The notes: generated by a model from the letters alone, not told the origin. DNA of 64,000 nt from Octopus vulgaris (GCA_951406725.2 OX597817.1:36704001-36768000); one strand, 5' to 3'. Positions 40,816 to 54,868 are shown, numbered from the stretch's first letter. Translations and numbers: made by a program.

Positions 40816-40868
<53 letters not shown>
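39022..40868 (-). mobile_element. internally deleted Helitron with decayed N-terminal Rep-Hel coding remnant
   Basis: A|CTAG plus CCCGGCGTTGCTCGGG hairpin at the left end, ...ATATAGA|T at the right; minus frame FLNNIRQYNSAFQMT...KLQGQFYHLIASLLP.NELP*FLQIYF (39545-39365) is typical of Helitron N-terminal regions. Confidence 0.88.
39838..40250 (-). repeat. 69-bp tandem repeat (~6 units) encoding 23-aa repeats at the Helitron ORF start
   Basis: period 69 (GCAGCATG...GAAAGTCTC...GAGACTCC); minus translation from ATG at 40250: MESQKRRKMRLSQDHQRHAAAQQ-MESQEIREMRLSLDHQRHAATHQ... Confidence 0.85.
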
Positions 40869-41499
40869 TTAATACAAGAATTAGATTTTAGGTTAGGGTA
40901 GGATAGGTAAAGTAATTTAACCTCTTTGTATTAAAGAAAACCATAGAAGCCGAGATTAATGTAAACGATACAATGTTGATTCCATTAGAAACCGAAAAAG
41001 AAACGCAATTTTCACTTGCCACTACTCTGCTCTTGCTTCTAATATATTTTCACAAAACCAAAAGAAATATTGATATCTAACATTGGCAGGAGATCACAAA
41101 TATATAGAGGCATACTACTTATTTTATCGACCTGGAGGAGTGAAAGCCAAACATTTGACTCGAAACATAAAGGGATGTAACTCAATACTGTAATGCAGTT
41201 TTACACTATAGCAACACGGCCTCTATGGATTTTTAACGTTGGCACTAGACCAAGAATTTGGAGTTGGTTAAAACGATTCCAGTGCTTGATTTATTTTATA
41301 TTTTATCGGCACCAGATGGATGAAAGGTAAAATTGATTTGGTTGGAAGTTACACCTGAAAGATGCGCTGCACGCTGCTGTTTTATTTTTACCTGTGCAGG
41401 AGTGCAGATTTTGTGACTTGACACTCTGATTCCGGTTTAAGTGAATAAAGGTTCCACATGCTTGCATTGTCTATTTTAATTTTGCAAGCATTAACAATG

Positions 41500-41631
41500 T
41501 GGCTGTGTGGTAAGTAGCTTGCTTACGAACCACATGGTTCCGGGTTCAGTCCCACTGCGTGGTACCTTGAGCAAGTGTCTTATGAGTGGATTTGGTAGAC
41601 GGAAACTGAAAGAAACTGAAAGAAGCCCGTC

Positions 41632-41715
<84 letters not shown>

Positions 41716-41798
41716 TTGTGTATTCTGTATTTGCCACCCCCACCCCCAACATCACTTGACAACCGAGTGTCTGTGTGGTAACTTAAAGACGCCCGTCG

Positions 41799-41835
<37 letters not shown>

Positions 41836-42036
41836 ATTTGTCCCCCAGTGTTGCTTGACAACCGATGCTGGTGTATTTACGTCCCCGTCACTTAGCGGTT
41901 CAGCAAGAAAGACCGATAGAATAAGTACAAGGCTTCCAAAGAATAAGTCCTGGGGTCGATTTGCTCGACTAAAGGCGGTGCTCCAGCATGACCGCAGTCA
42001 AATGTCTGAAACAAATAAAAGAATAAAAGAATAAAA
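41500..42036 (+). mobile_element. SINE family B with expanded/duplicated internal microsatellite
   Basis: same head and tail as the 34851 copy; GCCCGTC-(TA)n-(TG)n...TTGACAACCGA module occurs twice. Confidence 0.9.
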
Positions 42037-43158
42037 GGGAAATCCTGTGGTTCGTCTTCATCTGATATATTTCATGATAACAAGGTCTAGCTTTGTGTAA
42101 TCTATGATTTAAGTAAAATAAACTGCATATTTACATTTGTCGTTTAGAGGACTCTAAGCATTGTCATTTGTCTCGACGTTACCGTCACTGGTTGCGTATC
42201 TTTCTTCTTCCTTGAAAAATTGTAGAATTTGATATGAAATACACTAGATAGCTTTCTTTGCTTTCGTTGGTGTTACTGGGATTTCTTGAAGGTTGCATAA
42301 TTGTTAGGCTTCCTAATACGCAGGATTACAATAATATTTTTGTTCATGAAATGCATCAAGTACCTTCATATTCGAAGTGTATTTGTACTAAATGACGACA
42401 TGTATTTTATTCTAGTTTTAGTTTGTCTATAATAGGTGCCTCTTTTATTTCTTTGCAAGAATTCAGTCAACCACATTAACATCGCTTAGAGGCAAGAACA
42501 ATGAGGAATTTTGTACGTGTTCTTGCTAACTGCTACAAACAGCAACCAAATCTCCGTCAATCATACCATCCTTAAAATGAAATGATATTGGAGGATATAA
42601 CCCAATATTACTGTTTAGAATAAGGGCGGAATCTTCTGTGCTTGAATATATTTGATTTTAGTGCAGTAGTTCCGGAGCTCGCCTGGGATTGTACAGCAAA
42701 AATAACAATTCTTTAGTATTTGTGCAGTTTTTGCGCATATTTTATGTTCGTTTAAATTATTAAAAATATAGCCGTATCTGTAGACATTTTAGAGATTACT
42801 TTACTGAAGGACAACTGGGTGAGATTGATATAAATAGATGTTTTTGTTTGGAAATGGACATAAAACAGTAAAGAAAGTTGTGTTACAGTGAGTTTTGATT
42901 GTTGAATGAAGTGAAACTACTTGGAAGAATGTTTAAAAACGAGCTTTGAAGAATGTCACGCAGCACACAATGGCTCTGTTGATGAATATTATACAACTTA
43001 ACATAAAGTTTGAACATTAGAAAGCAAAGAAATTGAAGAGAGAAAGAAAATTAATAGACAAGTTTGCAAATTAATAAAATAGATCAAAGTAGAATTGTAA
43101 GAAATTATTGAAATTTAATTTACATATACATACAAATGTAATATATGGGTGTGGATGT

Positions 43159-43209
<51 letters not shown>

Positions 43210-44004
43210 TACATACTCTTTTTCTCTCTGACACACATACACACACACGCACACACACACACATACACACAAAGTACATCTATTAATATCGATATTAGTA
43301 ATTTTGCAAGGAACACACATTTAGAGAAAGAGAGTTTATGGTAGCGAAAGCATAGTGATTTCGATCTGTTTTAAAAATCTTCTTCAAAAACAAAGTAACA
43401 CTTCCAGTATCGAATTGGTTGGAAGAGAATTCGAAATCATATGTTTTAACCCAGTAGGACTTCAGTGTCTAAAATTTAGGGTATTTCTTGAAATCCATCG
43501 TTATTGTATTAATCTACAAAAGTAAAGATAGAAAATCCGATTCTAATAGGTTGGCATATCTGTCCTCGGTTTCCTAAAACGTTAGCAACCTACTATCGTG
43601 TTTAGTTAGTAAAAACATTTGTTTTCTCAAATTCTAATTGTCTAAATTTTTCTACTGAATTTGGATGTTACCTTGTTACTCACTCACAGATAACTTACTG
43701 TATTTATTCCCCAACGAACGGAATAGCCATTGGTTTTCATTATAAGGCTCTACTTGTTCGATCGCCCGAATTACTTGATCATTGAATTAGCATGAATTTG
43801 ACTGGTTATTCCACAAACACCTATTTCCTTCTTCAAACTTGTGTTCCCTTTATGTGAATAAGTAGAAATAACGCGATGCAATGTGGCAAGGATGAAATTT
43901 TCATGCTGAATCTCCCCTGGTTTTGAGCATCTGCACATCTATTTGCAAAGAATACAATTATGTTCGCGAAAAACTGGAGAGAGAGAGAGAGAGACAGAGC
44001 GAGG

Positions 44005-44045
<41 letters not shown>

Positions 44046-44115
44046 GGGGATATGTGTGTCATAGAAAATACCCAAACAGCCAGGTCTACGGTTAACAATG
44101 TCCCACCTTGAATGT

Positions 44116-44376
44116 CGTGGAAGCGCAATGACCCAGTGGTTAGGGCAGCGGACTCGAGGTCGTAGGTCCGCGGCGTCGATTCCCAAATCGGGCGTTGTGG
44201 GTGTTTATTGAGCGAAAACACCTCAAGCTCCACGATCTCCAGCTTAATCTCCCCGAGAACTACATTAAGGGTACACGTAGCTGTGGAGTGCTCAGCCATT
44301 TGCACGTTAATTTAACGAGCAGGATATTCCGTTGATCGGATCAACTGGAACCCTCGTCGTCGTAACCGACGGAGTG
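44116..44376 (+). mobile_element. tRNA-derived SINE, family C
   Basis: tRNA-like head GCGCAATGACCCAGTGGTTAGGGCAGCGGACTCGAGGTCGTAGG...TCGATTCCC; 13-bp TSD CCACCTTGAATGT at 44103-44115 and 44377-44389; a diverged inverted tail copy lies at ~43745-43815. Confidence 0.88.
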
Positions 44377-47300
44377 CCACCTTGAATGTAAAATCTTTTG
44401 CATGTTTTTCTTGATTCGGCTATAGCTTTTGATACTGAACTATATACAGTTATTTTACAAGAACTTCTCTATGGATAGGCAATTATCTTTTTTGATGCTT
44501 AGGCAACATTCTTTTAGGAACAAATAGTAAACGTCAACAATGCGTGCTATGATTAATATATTAGCCCAGTTTGTGTATCTCAGGGAAGGGCGATAGCTCC
44601 ATACGCATTCAATTTACTTATTAATGACATTACTCATTCATAGTCGTAGAGCCCCAGATATGTTGTTTCCTTTTAACATATATTGACGGGTATCATCTAA
44701 CGCTAGCGATACTCTGTCCATTACTACTGGTTTCACTGTCGGTGTTGCCATGTTGCAACAGAATCATGATTTATGTCGCATTGCAAACTGAGCTGCAAAT
44801 CGGTTATAAATCACAATTCACCCACAGAATTTTATTTTTCAAACTTACGCTCCTGGGTTTTGGCCTGACATAATGATCTCATATCTAATTACTAAATTGT
44901 ACATTTTATGGCAAATGAGTTAATCTTGTTTATTTTTGTGGAGTGTTCTATCATATTGCTTACTTGATGAAACCATGATCTTCAAATATACATGAGCTTC
45001 TCTCTCATTGAGAATGTTTTACTTACTAGGATTGCGTTAATCTTATTAGCGGAAACTGATATTAGAAATTTCGAACGTGACTTAAAAAGATTATGGTGCC
45101 AACAATTATGCTTAAACTACACTTGTCTATGGTTTACCCTTGAAGAAAGTTAATTTTCTGTACATCATCAGTCATACTGTAATCTTCTCCCTTGGATACT
45201 GCATGAAGCCTGGCTCTTTTACTCAGACAGAATTGTTAAAAGTATTTGTCACCAAACTTTACTCATCCTTAGCTGCATTATACTCCTTCGCGGGTGATGA
45301 TTAGGTCACAGCTGCTTTTTGGCACCGGCATACACAAATTTATAACCCGCTCTGTGGAATATGAACGCTCCAGACAGATGGCTTGCGCTGAGCAGCTTGA
45401 CTTTTGCACCTAGATTCTACTTTTCGTATGTTCTTGATTGTCTGTGTCAATGTCCTGTAAAGTTACGTCTATTTTTGATATAGATGTTGCGAAATAAGCC
45501 ACTAATAGTATACACAAGTGAAACAACATGAGATATCTACCTCTATAAGTTAAATTCTTACCATTTGGCAATGACTCTCAATAATGTAATTTATTTAATT
45601 TGTGCAAAAGAAAAAGTGGGAAGAACATAGCAGGAATGAATAATGGAAGTGGCACTGAATATAAAAAAAAAAATAACTTAAAGAATTGAGAAGAATTGCG
45701 TTTCCTTTTTGATAATTCCGGGAGACAATTTCGTTTTCTTTATTCCTAAGATAATTTCAACGACGTTTTCTACAATTCTCTTGGTAAATAACATCGATAG
45801 AAATGAATATTTATGATTAACTTACTGAAAAGTTTAAAATATATATATCAGTCTATATACATCTGTCTGTTTGAGATAACTGTGTATGATAGATGTGTGA
45901 GTTTGTGTGAGGGTGGATTAATGCTTGTGTGCGTTTGTATGTGTGATAAATGTGCACCCAGTCGGTGCGTCTAAGATATTGACATTCTCTTTGTTTGTAA
46001 GCGGGTATATGTGTGTGTACATGTGTGTATATTTGCTTGTTAGAGGTCTTTATAACATGTATATATTTAAGTAAGTTACATAGTTTAAAAATAGTCTTAT
46101 TCATGCATAAATATATAAAGGAGACGCTTGGGTTTGAGTAGCATTACTTACGAAAATTTGAGACAATAAAGAGACTATGTGGGTAAGCTACCATCGAGAA
46201 ACAGTAGCCGAATCTCTTCCAAAGCACGCCTTACATATTCAAAGAAAGAAGACTGAATTATACAGTTCGAGATACACTATACCTAAAAACAAAGCTCCTG
46301 TTAATATGTGTGTTTGATCGGGCTGAGGTACGTTTAAATAACCTCAACAACAATAAAAAGTACAATATATAGTTTCAGGGAAGTCTCTGCCAGTCTTTTA
46401 TACGAAAATAATATATGTCAAGGCAAATCAAACCAGCTACGATCATGTGTCTTCCAGCAATGACTATTTCATCATATTTAGATGGTTTCTGCACTGTTTC
46501 TACCTGCCATATTTCAATTACAAAGTATTAGTAAACCAGAGACCATGGAAGAAGTCACTTTACCGATGGGCTACGTAAGGGAACCGTATTGAGAACTCCG
46601 TGGGGTTGCGTGGGCGAACTTATGAACAACACAACGTACATAGAGAAATATACAGAGTCTAAATAAGACTTAGAAAACTATTTTCTATCTAACTCGTGTT
46701 AGATGTTAAAATCAATTTACTTAGAGGATATAAAATATGCGTGTGTGGGCGCGCGCGTGGGTATATACAAACATACTAAAGATGCCATCGAAGACGACCC
46801 GATTTCTATTCCCCGTGGCCATCGATGTTTTATTAATAACTTCACATTGAATGTATGTAACAGCTTTAGACTCTGCTTAATGTGTATTATCCCACCTTCT
46901 CACTCAGAATCGAGCGCTACTCTCACTAGGTGTGGGTTAACCCTTCAAAGTGAAACTCTAATCTATATTATGAAGGCGAACGTTGGTACAAATTGGATTT
47001 TTATGTAAAAATGGGTCTAAATGGGGCTGGAAGGGGGTTAAAATTTACAGGAGAGGGTAACTTGAGGTAAAAAATTGATTGAAAAACGTTTTGGGGCGCT
47101 ACAGTGGTTGCTTTAATAGGAAAACGGGGATTTTATTGATTTTTGGGAACACTTGGGGCGGGGGTCTGCATTGGATGCCTTTAGCCCGAATTCACTCAAA
47201 TTTTCAACATGGTAAAGTGGAAGCGGATTTGTAATTTAAGCGTGGAATATGGCTTCGAAATTTTGAAAATTAAGGCAAGATTTTTGAAGTTGAAACAAAT

Positions 47301-48596
47301 TTCTCATTTTTACATATTTTTGCCTTTTATTTTTTATTGTTTACAGTTTTCATTTTTACTGAAAGAAATTTACAGCTGCATGTAGCCCGTGTTTAGAGTT
47401 TTCATTTGCATGGTCAATCGTCGAAAAATTCCCAAAATAAATACTAAGTTTAACAAAGAAATCCTATATTTCCTTATTTTTAATCGCTCAAATTGTGGCA
47501 TGTATAAAAGGCAAGTGTACTTCCCGTTGTCACTGCCTGATATTTATGATTGATCTTTCAAAATATTTTATTTCTCAACTTACTCGCGATCTTTTGTTTT
47601 TTATAAATGAGAGAGAGATAGACAGAGAAAGATAGAGAGTAAGAGAAAGCGAGTGAGAGTCCGAGAGAAAGGAAGAGTAAGAGAGTGGCAAAGTGAGGGA
47701 GAAAGGAGAGAGAAACAAAGAGGGAGAATGTGGCGATAAGAAACAGAAAGGAAGAAACAGAGAGTAACAACCACACCTGCGCGTATGGTATGGTTTTTAG
47801 TATAACTTTATTCGTGATAGTTGTCCCACTGAGTTATCTCGCTTAGCTCATTTTGTTTTAATTATGCTAATCATCCCAGGCCATAAACGTTCACTGCCCG
47901 TTTCGAACAGTTCTAATATTTAATATCTGGAGGAAAAAAGGTAAAATAACTGGTCCGCTGCTAACAGCATGTGATGTAGAGGCACGCATTCACGGGTGTC
48001 TTCATTTCTCCATTAAACACAAATCAAGCCTTTTTCATAAGATGTTAATTCCAGAGAATCCTTGTTTTCAAGATTATCCCCACTTTTCATTTAGAATCGG
48101 GCGCAGTTGACTCTAGTCATCTGTATACCTATCGAAGCGAGGATAAGTTCAATGAATCGAATCTCTATCTTTTATGGTATTTAGTATAACTCATTCGTTT
48201 CTGTTGTCCAAATTTATACTGCTACCGACTCTGTGTTGTCTCTCTCTGCTGGTTACAAATAAATAATTTCTGTCTGCTGGAATATTTTCTTCTTTCTTTC
48301 TCTCTCCGTCCTTCCATTATGCAATAGTAAAATGTAATTAATAAAAACTTAATTACTCTGTATTGAAGATATTCAATAAAACTCAGATAGTAGTAACTAT
48401 GAGAAATTATGGAATTTATATTTCAAAAGAAAAAGAAACAGAAATTGAATTAAATAAATATATAAATATTATATGAAGTACTTCATTCCATTAAACTTAA
48501 ATTTACTTTAAAGTAAAGAAAAATATTGCCTTCATGCAGGGTTATTTTCTTCCTTGTAATATAAATGCACATGTAGTTAATTGGCTATATAATAAT

Positions 48597-48636
<40 letters not shown>

Positions 48637-48869
48637 GAGAGAAAGAAAGAGATAGAGGAAGAGAAGGACATACCTTTACTAGTCCAGGCTCAGACAAATC
48701 TGCGACCTGGTTCTCTGTGTCAGCTTTGATTTGAAATCGAAACGAATTCATTCCCCATATCTTGTAAATGTGTTTAAGACAAATCATAAATCTTATACGA
48801 TCTCATTTCCTTCTCCTGGAATTTTGTGGCCTTGTGCTTGTTTGCATAATAATTTATGCCAACAAATAA

Positions 48870-49340
48870 TTGTAATTTTCGGTAACTTAAGCTGGAGTGT
48901 CTATATGAACAACGAAGTCGACATGGCCGCAGAGCGTAATCGTAAATCCTCTGTACTTTTCGGTCTAGAGACGCTTTTAACATTCTCTTCTCCACCTTTG
49001 CCCGTCCTCGCCTTGAATACTGTCGTCTGCTATGTTCTTCCTATCTGACAGAGAATATCATAAAATTGAAGCACTGCGGAGATCGAGCGCAAGGAAAATA
49101 GACGGCATGACACGTCTTGATTTTTGAGAACGTCTCGAGAGACCCAACATTTCTTCTCTCACACGTCGCCGTGAGCGCTATATGGTGTGGAAAATATTCC
49201 AACAGCACTGCCAAAATGATGTTGGTTCAAGTTTAAAATTCACCCGGTGCGTGGTCTCCGTGCTACTCGTCTTTTACAAAAATGATATTCGCGTCACATC
49301 AGAATAATAAGACAGAGCTATTTAATCTTAACTGGCCCTG
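48870..49340 (+). pseudogene. CR1/L2-group LINE RT C-terminal fragment
   Basis: GNLSWSVYMNNEV / FRSRDAFNILFSTFARPRLEYC / KIEALRRSSARKIDGMTRLDF*ERLERPNISSLTRRRERYMVWKI resembles RPHLEY...IE.VQR.FT..I.G.....Y.ERL..L.L.SL..RR.R. Confidence 0.85.
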
Positions 49341-49902
49341 CTCTGTTTAACATCATAACAAGACACAAAAGAGAAGATACCCTGATATTTAAACGGTTCC
49401 CAGACTAATATCTCGAAGGAATTCCGAATAAACTATCCCCCCTGCGGGTATATCTCTGAAACAAAATCCCCCTCCTCGAATGGGCTATAGTAACCAAAAA
49501 AAGACAAATATGAAACACGTTTAAATGTCTTTTCCAGGTGGTGATATTTAGGTAGACATGGCCTGGGCCAATGGTGGCAGAAACTTATCTAATTTCTTAG
49601 TATAATTGTATACATAATTATAACAAGGGGCCAACTTAATGAGCGTATGCGCACGCGCGTGTGTGTTGAAAGGGAAAGAGAGAAATAGATGGGAAGATAG
49701 ATATAGATGCTCACCTATTTCACATAGACACATAGGTGCATGTATGCATACATGCATAAATACATACTGTGAGAACATCCTGTTTTGTAATAGAAAAAGA
49801 GACCATTTTTGCCGATTGACCAAATTGACTGATAATAGCAGTGAAAATTGTATACGCATATCACGAATTAACACAGTTAATTAATAAGAGTATAAAACAT
49901 AA

Positions 49903-49966
<64 letters not shown>

Positions 49967-50147
49967 AAATATTGAGTTTCTAAATCTCTCGTAGAGAGGT
50001 GTACGGTGGTGGAGCGATATAATGGTTGTATGTGTATATAAGGACACAGGATAAAATGTGTCGAAGCTGTCAGGAGGCGTTCGATGTCTCCTAGGGCTAT
50101 ATAACGGTGGTGTACCCCCTACTGTCACGTTCTTGTTAGATTGACAG

Positions 50148-50227
<80 letters not shown>

Positions 50228-50480
50228 TATATACACATGTATATATGCGTGTATATATATATATATATTTATATATACATATAGTGTGTGTGTGTGTGCG
50301 TGTGAGAGAGAGAGAGTTAGTAAGAACGCGTGGCCTAGTGGTTTGGGTGTTTGCATTCATGATTACAGAATTGTAGTTTCAATTGACTGGGAAACGTCAA
50401 AATCAGTAGCAGATAAGCCATTATCACGGTGGGTGGAAAATGATTTAATCTTTATATCATTGTTTTGCATTTAAATTCGC

Positions 50481-50624
<144 letters not shown>

Positions 50625-50788
50625 TGATATCAATTACATTTACTTGGTACTCTACCAGTGTCTGTAACAAATATAAAATATATAGACAATTTATATTGAA
50701 ACACAGTTATTAAAATTTTACATGAAAAAAAATTCATTTTTTAAAATGCCATGGCAGTTTATATGTGGGTGTGTGTGTTTATGAATGA

Positions 50789-50837
<49 letters not shown>

Positions 50838-51349
50838 AATATTGTATATATGAATACGTTTCTGCGTGCGGGTATGTGTGTGTTTGTCTGCGCGCGTAAT
50901 ACTTTGGTGAGAGCGTGGTAGTTACATCTGAAACCTGTCCGTTTTAATATTCACTAAAGTAGTTTGTTATGTGTTTGACAGTTGTTCTTTTTGTTTTGTA
51001 GATTATTATAATTATATATTTTGTTTATGGTTGATTCGATATACTTTTATTATTGATATTCTCGAGTTTAGATGGCATCATGTTAAGCAATACAGCCGTC
51101 AGTAAGTAAATAAATAATGTAAATATTTGAAAATAACAAATAATTATGTTTTTCATCGCCTTCCTGACGTGAGAAACATTTCATACTTCAGTCTGGAATA
51201 GAAATATGCATACCGAAACAGATACATATACATACGAACATAGCCACACATATATATGCATTATGTATATGCATACGTGTGTGTACGTGTGTATCGATAA
51301 ATACTTGTGTCTCTATACATATATTCACATATATATACATATACATATG

Positions 51350-51492
51350 CGCAGTAATGGCTGTGTGGTAAGTAGCTTGCTTACCAACCACATAGTTCCG
51401 GGTTCATTCCAACTGCATGGCACCTTAGGCAAGTGTCTTCTATAAGCCTTGTGATTGGATTTGGTAGACGGAAACTGAAAGAAGCCCGTCGA

Positions 51493-51583
<91 letters not shown>

Positions 51584-51798
51584 TTATGTGTTTGTATTTT
51601 TCCCCCCAATATCGCTTGACAACCGATGCTGGTGTGTTTACGTCCACGTAACTTAGTGGTTCAGCGAAAGTGACCGATAGAATAAGTACTAGGCTTACAA
51701 AGAATAAGTCCTGGAGTCGATTTGTTCGACTAAAGGTGGTGCGTCAGCATGGCCACAGTCAAATGACTGAAACAAGTAAAAGTGTAAAAGAGAGTAAG
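51350..51798 (+). mobile_element. SINE family B
   Basis: TGGCTGTGTGGTAAGTAGCTTGCTTACCAACCAC head, internal (TA)n(TG)n, tail GGTGGTGCGTCAGCATGGCCACAGTCAAATGACTGAAAC. Confidence 0.9.
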
Positions 51799-51906
51799 AA
51801 TATATATAGGAAATAGTGGCACAAGAAGGTCCTAATTTTTGCTGGAAATAGTAGTCAACAATCGTTCGACGCTAGGTAAAGCTTCACTGACTGTATAAAG
51901 GTAAAG

Positions 51907-52518
51907 ATGTGCGTGGGCGGTGAATATAAAAAAAAAAGTTCGTCTTACCTATAGGAAGAACTCCAGAGAAATGGTCAACTTAATACTCGAGTTTCTAACT
52001 TTGCAGAATATGTTTGTTACTGTAAAGCTGATTGGTCCTCATCAGCTAGGTCCACAGAAGAGACTAAATTTAAAACATCCGCTACATCAATTCCTGTATA
52101 CTCTTCCAATAGACCCAGCCATAAATGGAACAAAGATCAGTGAAAAAGTTATATATAAAAATATAAATATTCTTACAGTACTATAATATTACTTTCCAGG
52201 GAAATAAAGCACCGTAAAGGTAGAATTATAAATAAGAAAGAGTTACCAGTTTTTATAATGATATTTATATTTCTGTATAAAACTTGTCGCTAATCTCGGT
52301 TCTGTTTATGGCTGGGGCTATTGGCTAAGAATACAGGCATTGATGGAGATAATATTTTTAATTTAGTCTCTTCGGTGGATTTAGCTGACGAGGACCAATC
52401 AGTTTTACGATTAGAAACGTATTTTGAAAAGTTCAAACCTCGAGTACTAGGTTATTCATTTCTCAGGCTTCTTCCTAGAGGTAAGATGAAGATTTTTATA
52501 TTTGCAGGTCGCACACAT
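51907..52518. repeat. diverged ~270-bp inverted repeat pair (fold-back) with hammerhead-like remnants
   Basis: ~51907-52175 vs ~52255-52518, e.g. CTGATTGGTCCTCATCAGCTAGGTCCACAGAAGAGACTAAAT vs ATTTAGTCTCTTCGGTGGATTTAGCTGACGAGGACCAATCAG. Confidence 0.8.
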
Positions 52519-52519
52519 G

Positions 52520-53000
52520 AATGCCACCCGTTAGGAGGGCATCTTAAAGTCAAAACTACCAAAATAATTAACCTCTTATGAGGTTTCTCACGCTAACTAC
52601 TTGATAAATTCTTATAAAGATTTTATCCTATTTTTAAAGTGTAAATTTAACCGGAGTATATTCAGTACTGAATTTTTATTCCGAATAAGCACGTTCATAC
52701 CGAAATGCAATTCGAAAAAGCTCGCCATTTGCATAGATTTATAAAGGGTGAACAATTCTATATGCTACGTTGGATACATTGGTTGTTAGTCTGGTATGTT
52801 GAATTTGTTCATTCGTTATAAATCTTGAATTATGCTTGCACTGATGATTAAAAAGTACATTGCTGCACTAATTATGAAATCATGTAATATGCAGTTGAAT
52901 TCTGTTTTTAAATGACTTGCTTCGAGAGTTGCATTCGGTACGATGTGTTTATTTATTTTGGTAGTTTTGACGTTAAGAGTCCCTCCTAGCTTGTGACATT
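52520..53000. mobile_element. MITE-like element with ~53-bp imperfect terminal inverted repeats
   Basis: AATGCCAC..TAGGAGGGCATCTTAAAGTCAAAACTACCAAAATAA vs TTATTTTGGTAGTTTTGACGTTAAGAGTCCCTCCTAGCTTGTGACATT. Confidence 0.65.
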
Positions 53001-53018
53001 TATGTATATTAATGCCCT

Positions 53019-53067
<49 letters not shown>

Positions 53068-53239
53068 GGGGTGCGATGGGTAAATTGTCACAAATTTATA
53101 TTTTTAATTTCGTGCATACACATTGTGTGTTTTGGATTTCGTCGACTACATAGTATCGTTGGTTCATTTGGGCACCGTCTGTGAGAAAAACACCACCATG
53201 ACGTAATTCACTGTTTTCATACAGACACAATGCATGCTA

Positions 53240-53394
53240 TTCTTTCACTCTTTTAATACAGGCACATCGCAGGCTACACTGGATAAAGTTTTCAGAAATA
53301 TCCTAATAGGTTATCATCATTTTGCGTTTCTTTTTTCAGAAATAACCAAATAGGTTTGCCATTAATTCCGTAATATATTCACGGGTCCTGCTAG
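53240..53394 (+). mobile_element. Helitron 3' end, same family as 8040-8200
   Basis: CAGGCTACACT..GGATAAAGTTTTCAG..AATAGG..TTAATTCCGT..ATATTCACGGGTCCTGCTAG|T. Confidence 0.78.
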
Positions 53395-54789
53395 TGTACT
53401 TAACTTTCTAAAAAAAATATTTCCATTTTCTTAAACAGTTTCCCATTTTTGTGACTTTCAAATATAGTGTTTGGTAAAGGGACCTGAACGCCAGTAAAAA
53501 CCAATTTCAAAATGGCTGATTATACCACAGACGGTCTTAAATTAAGACCAATATTAGTGACCCAATGTGTCAAACACCGAGTCTCAGTAAGTGTGTAGAC
53601 ATGATATTGAAACTAATCGCAATCATTGTATCAGTTAAACCACTTTGCGAAATGTTAATAAAATTCATATTATTGTGTTATTTGATGTAGTAACTCTCTA
53701 TATTTCTATCCCACACGACTATGATCTAGAAATAATAGAATTCTGGTTTGAAAACTTACCCTACAAAATCACAGATCGAATAAAAAAAGACTAGTTACTG
53801 AGGGATTAAATTTATCCTACAAAAGAATACTGAAATATTATACATGTATTACCACAAAATGAAAACATCACTGGAAATACACAAATAAATACACAAATAT
53901 ACACAAGATCCAAATTATCTACTGGAATAAAAACACCAATACTCTAAAACTGCGGTTGCTCTAAGTGTGGAGCTTGCATCAACCTTATCGAGGGAACATA
54001 AATTTAAATATGGGGATACTTTCTGTGAAAACCTTTACTTCTCGTAAATAACAAGCATTTTCGTTTACGCCATTAAACGTAATCTTGTAATGAAGTATAA
54101 ATCGGCCAAGCGGAAATTACTTTAACAAAGAGACTCAGTATTAATAAGCAACAAATACTAGATCCTAAAACTAGACACATTTCAATTAATAAACATTTAG
54201 TTTAGGCTAGTATGGGACAAACATATCGCCAAACGTCTATCTTCCTTCTTTACCTTAGTTCTGACAAGACTGTAGGACAAATACGGGCAAATAAAGAGAC
54301 TATTCTGATTTTTAAAATATATATATATAACGATTGAATAATTTATAACATAAAGAACCAGTTAGAATTCTTAATGATATCCGCATACAAATAAGTAAGC
54401 TATTTCCGAATTTTTGGCTATTCTGACAACCTAGTTCTTATAATATTACATGAGATATTCACTGGATTAACATAGCTTTCATAGTTGGAGTAATTATCGT
54501 CCATACTGTCATCTCAGCAAATACGTGAACATAGCACGCAATTCCTATCCCTGCCACACGTGACAACCTTCAAATAATTCGAGCCATAATCGCTCCATAA
54601 AAAAGGAGTAGGCGAGAAAAATTCGGTAGAGTTTCAGGTGTTCTATTGTATATTACTTTTGAAAATCATTAAATCATGGAACCGATTAGGTAACTGAATA
54701 TAAATCTTTTTAAACAGTACAGTGGCACTTTCACTTTCTTTTATGTATGTATATATGTATCTATGAATGCATGTATGCGCATGTACATA

Positions 54790-54868
<79 letters not shown>

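Noticed and set aside
44118-44190. Possible tRNA gene
   Set aside because: Acceptor and T stems are imperfect and it continues into a SINE body bounded by a TSD
46961-47520. Possible Helitron 5' end (ATCTATATTATGAAGG...)
   Set aside because: No hairpin-CTAG 3' end could be located
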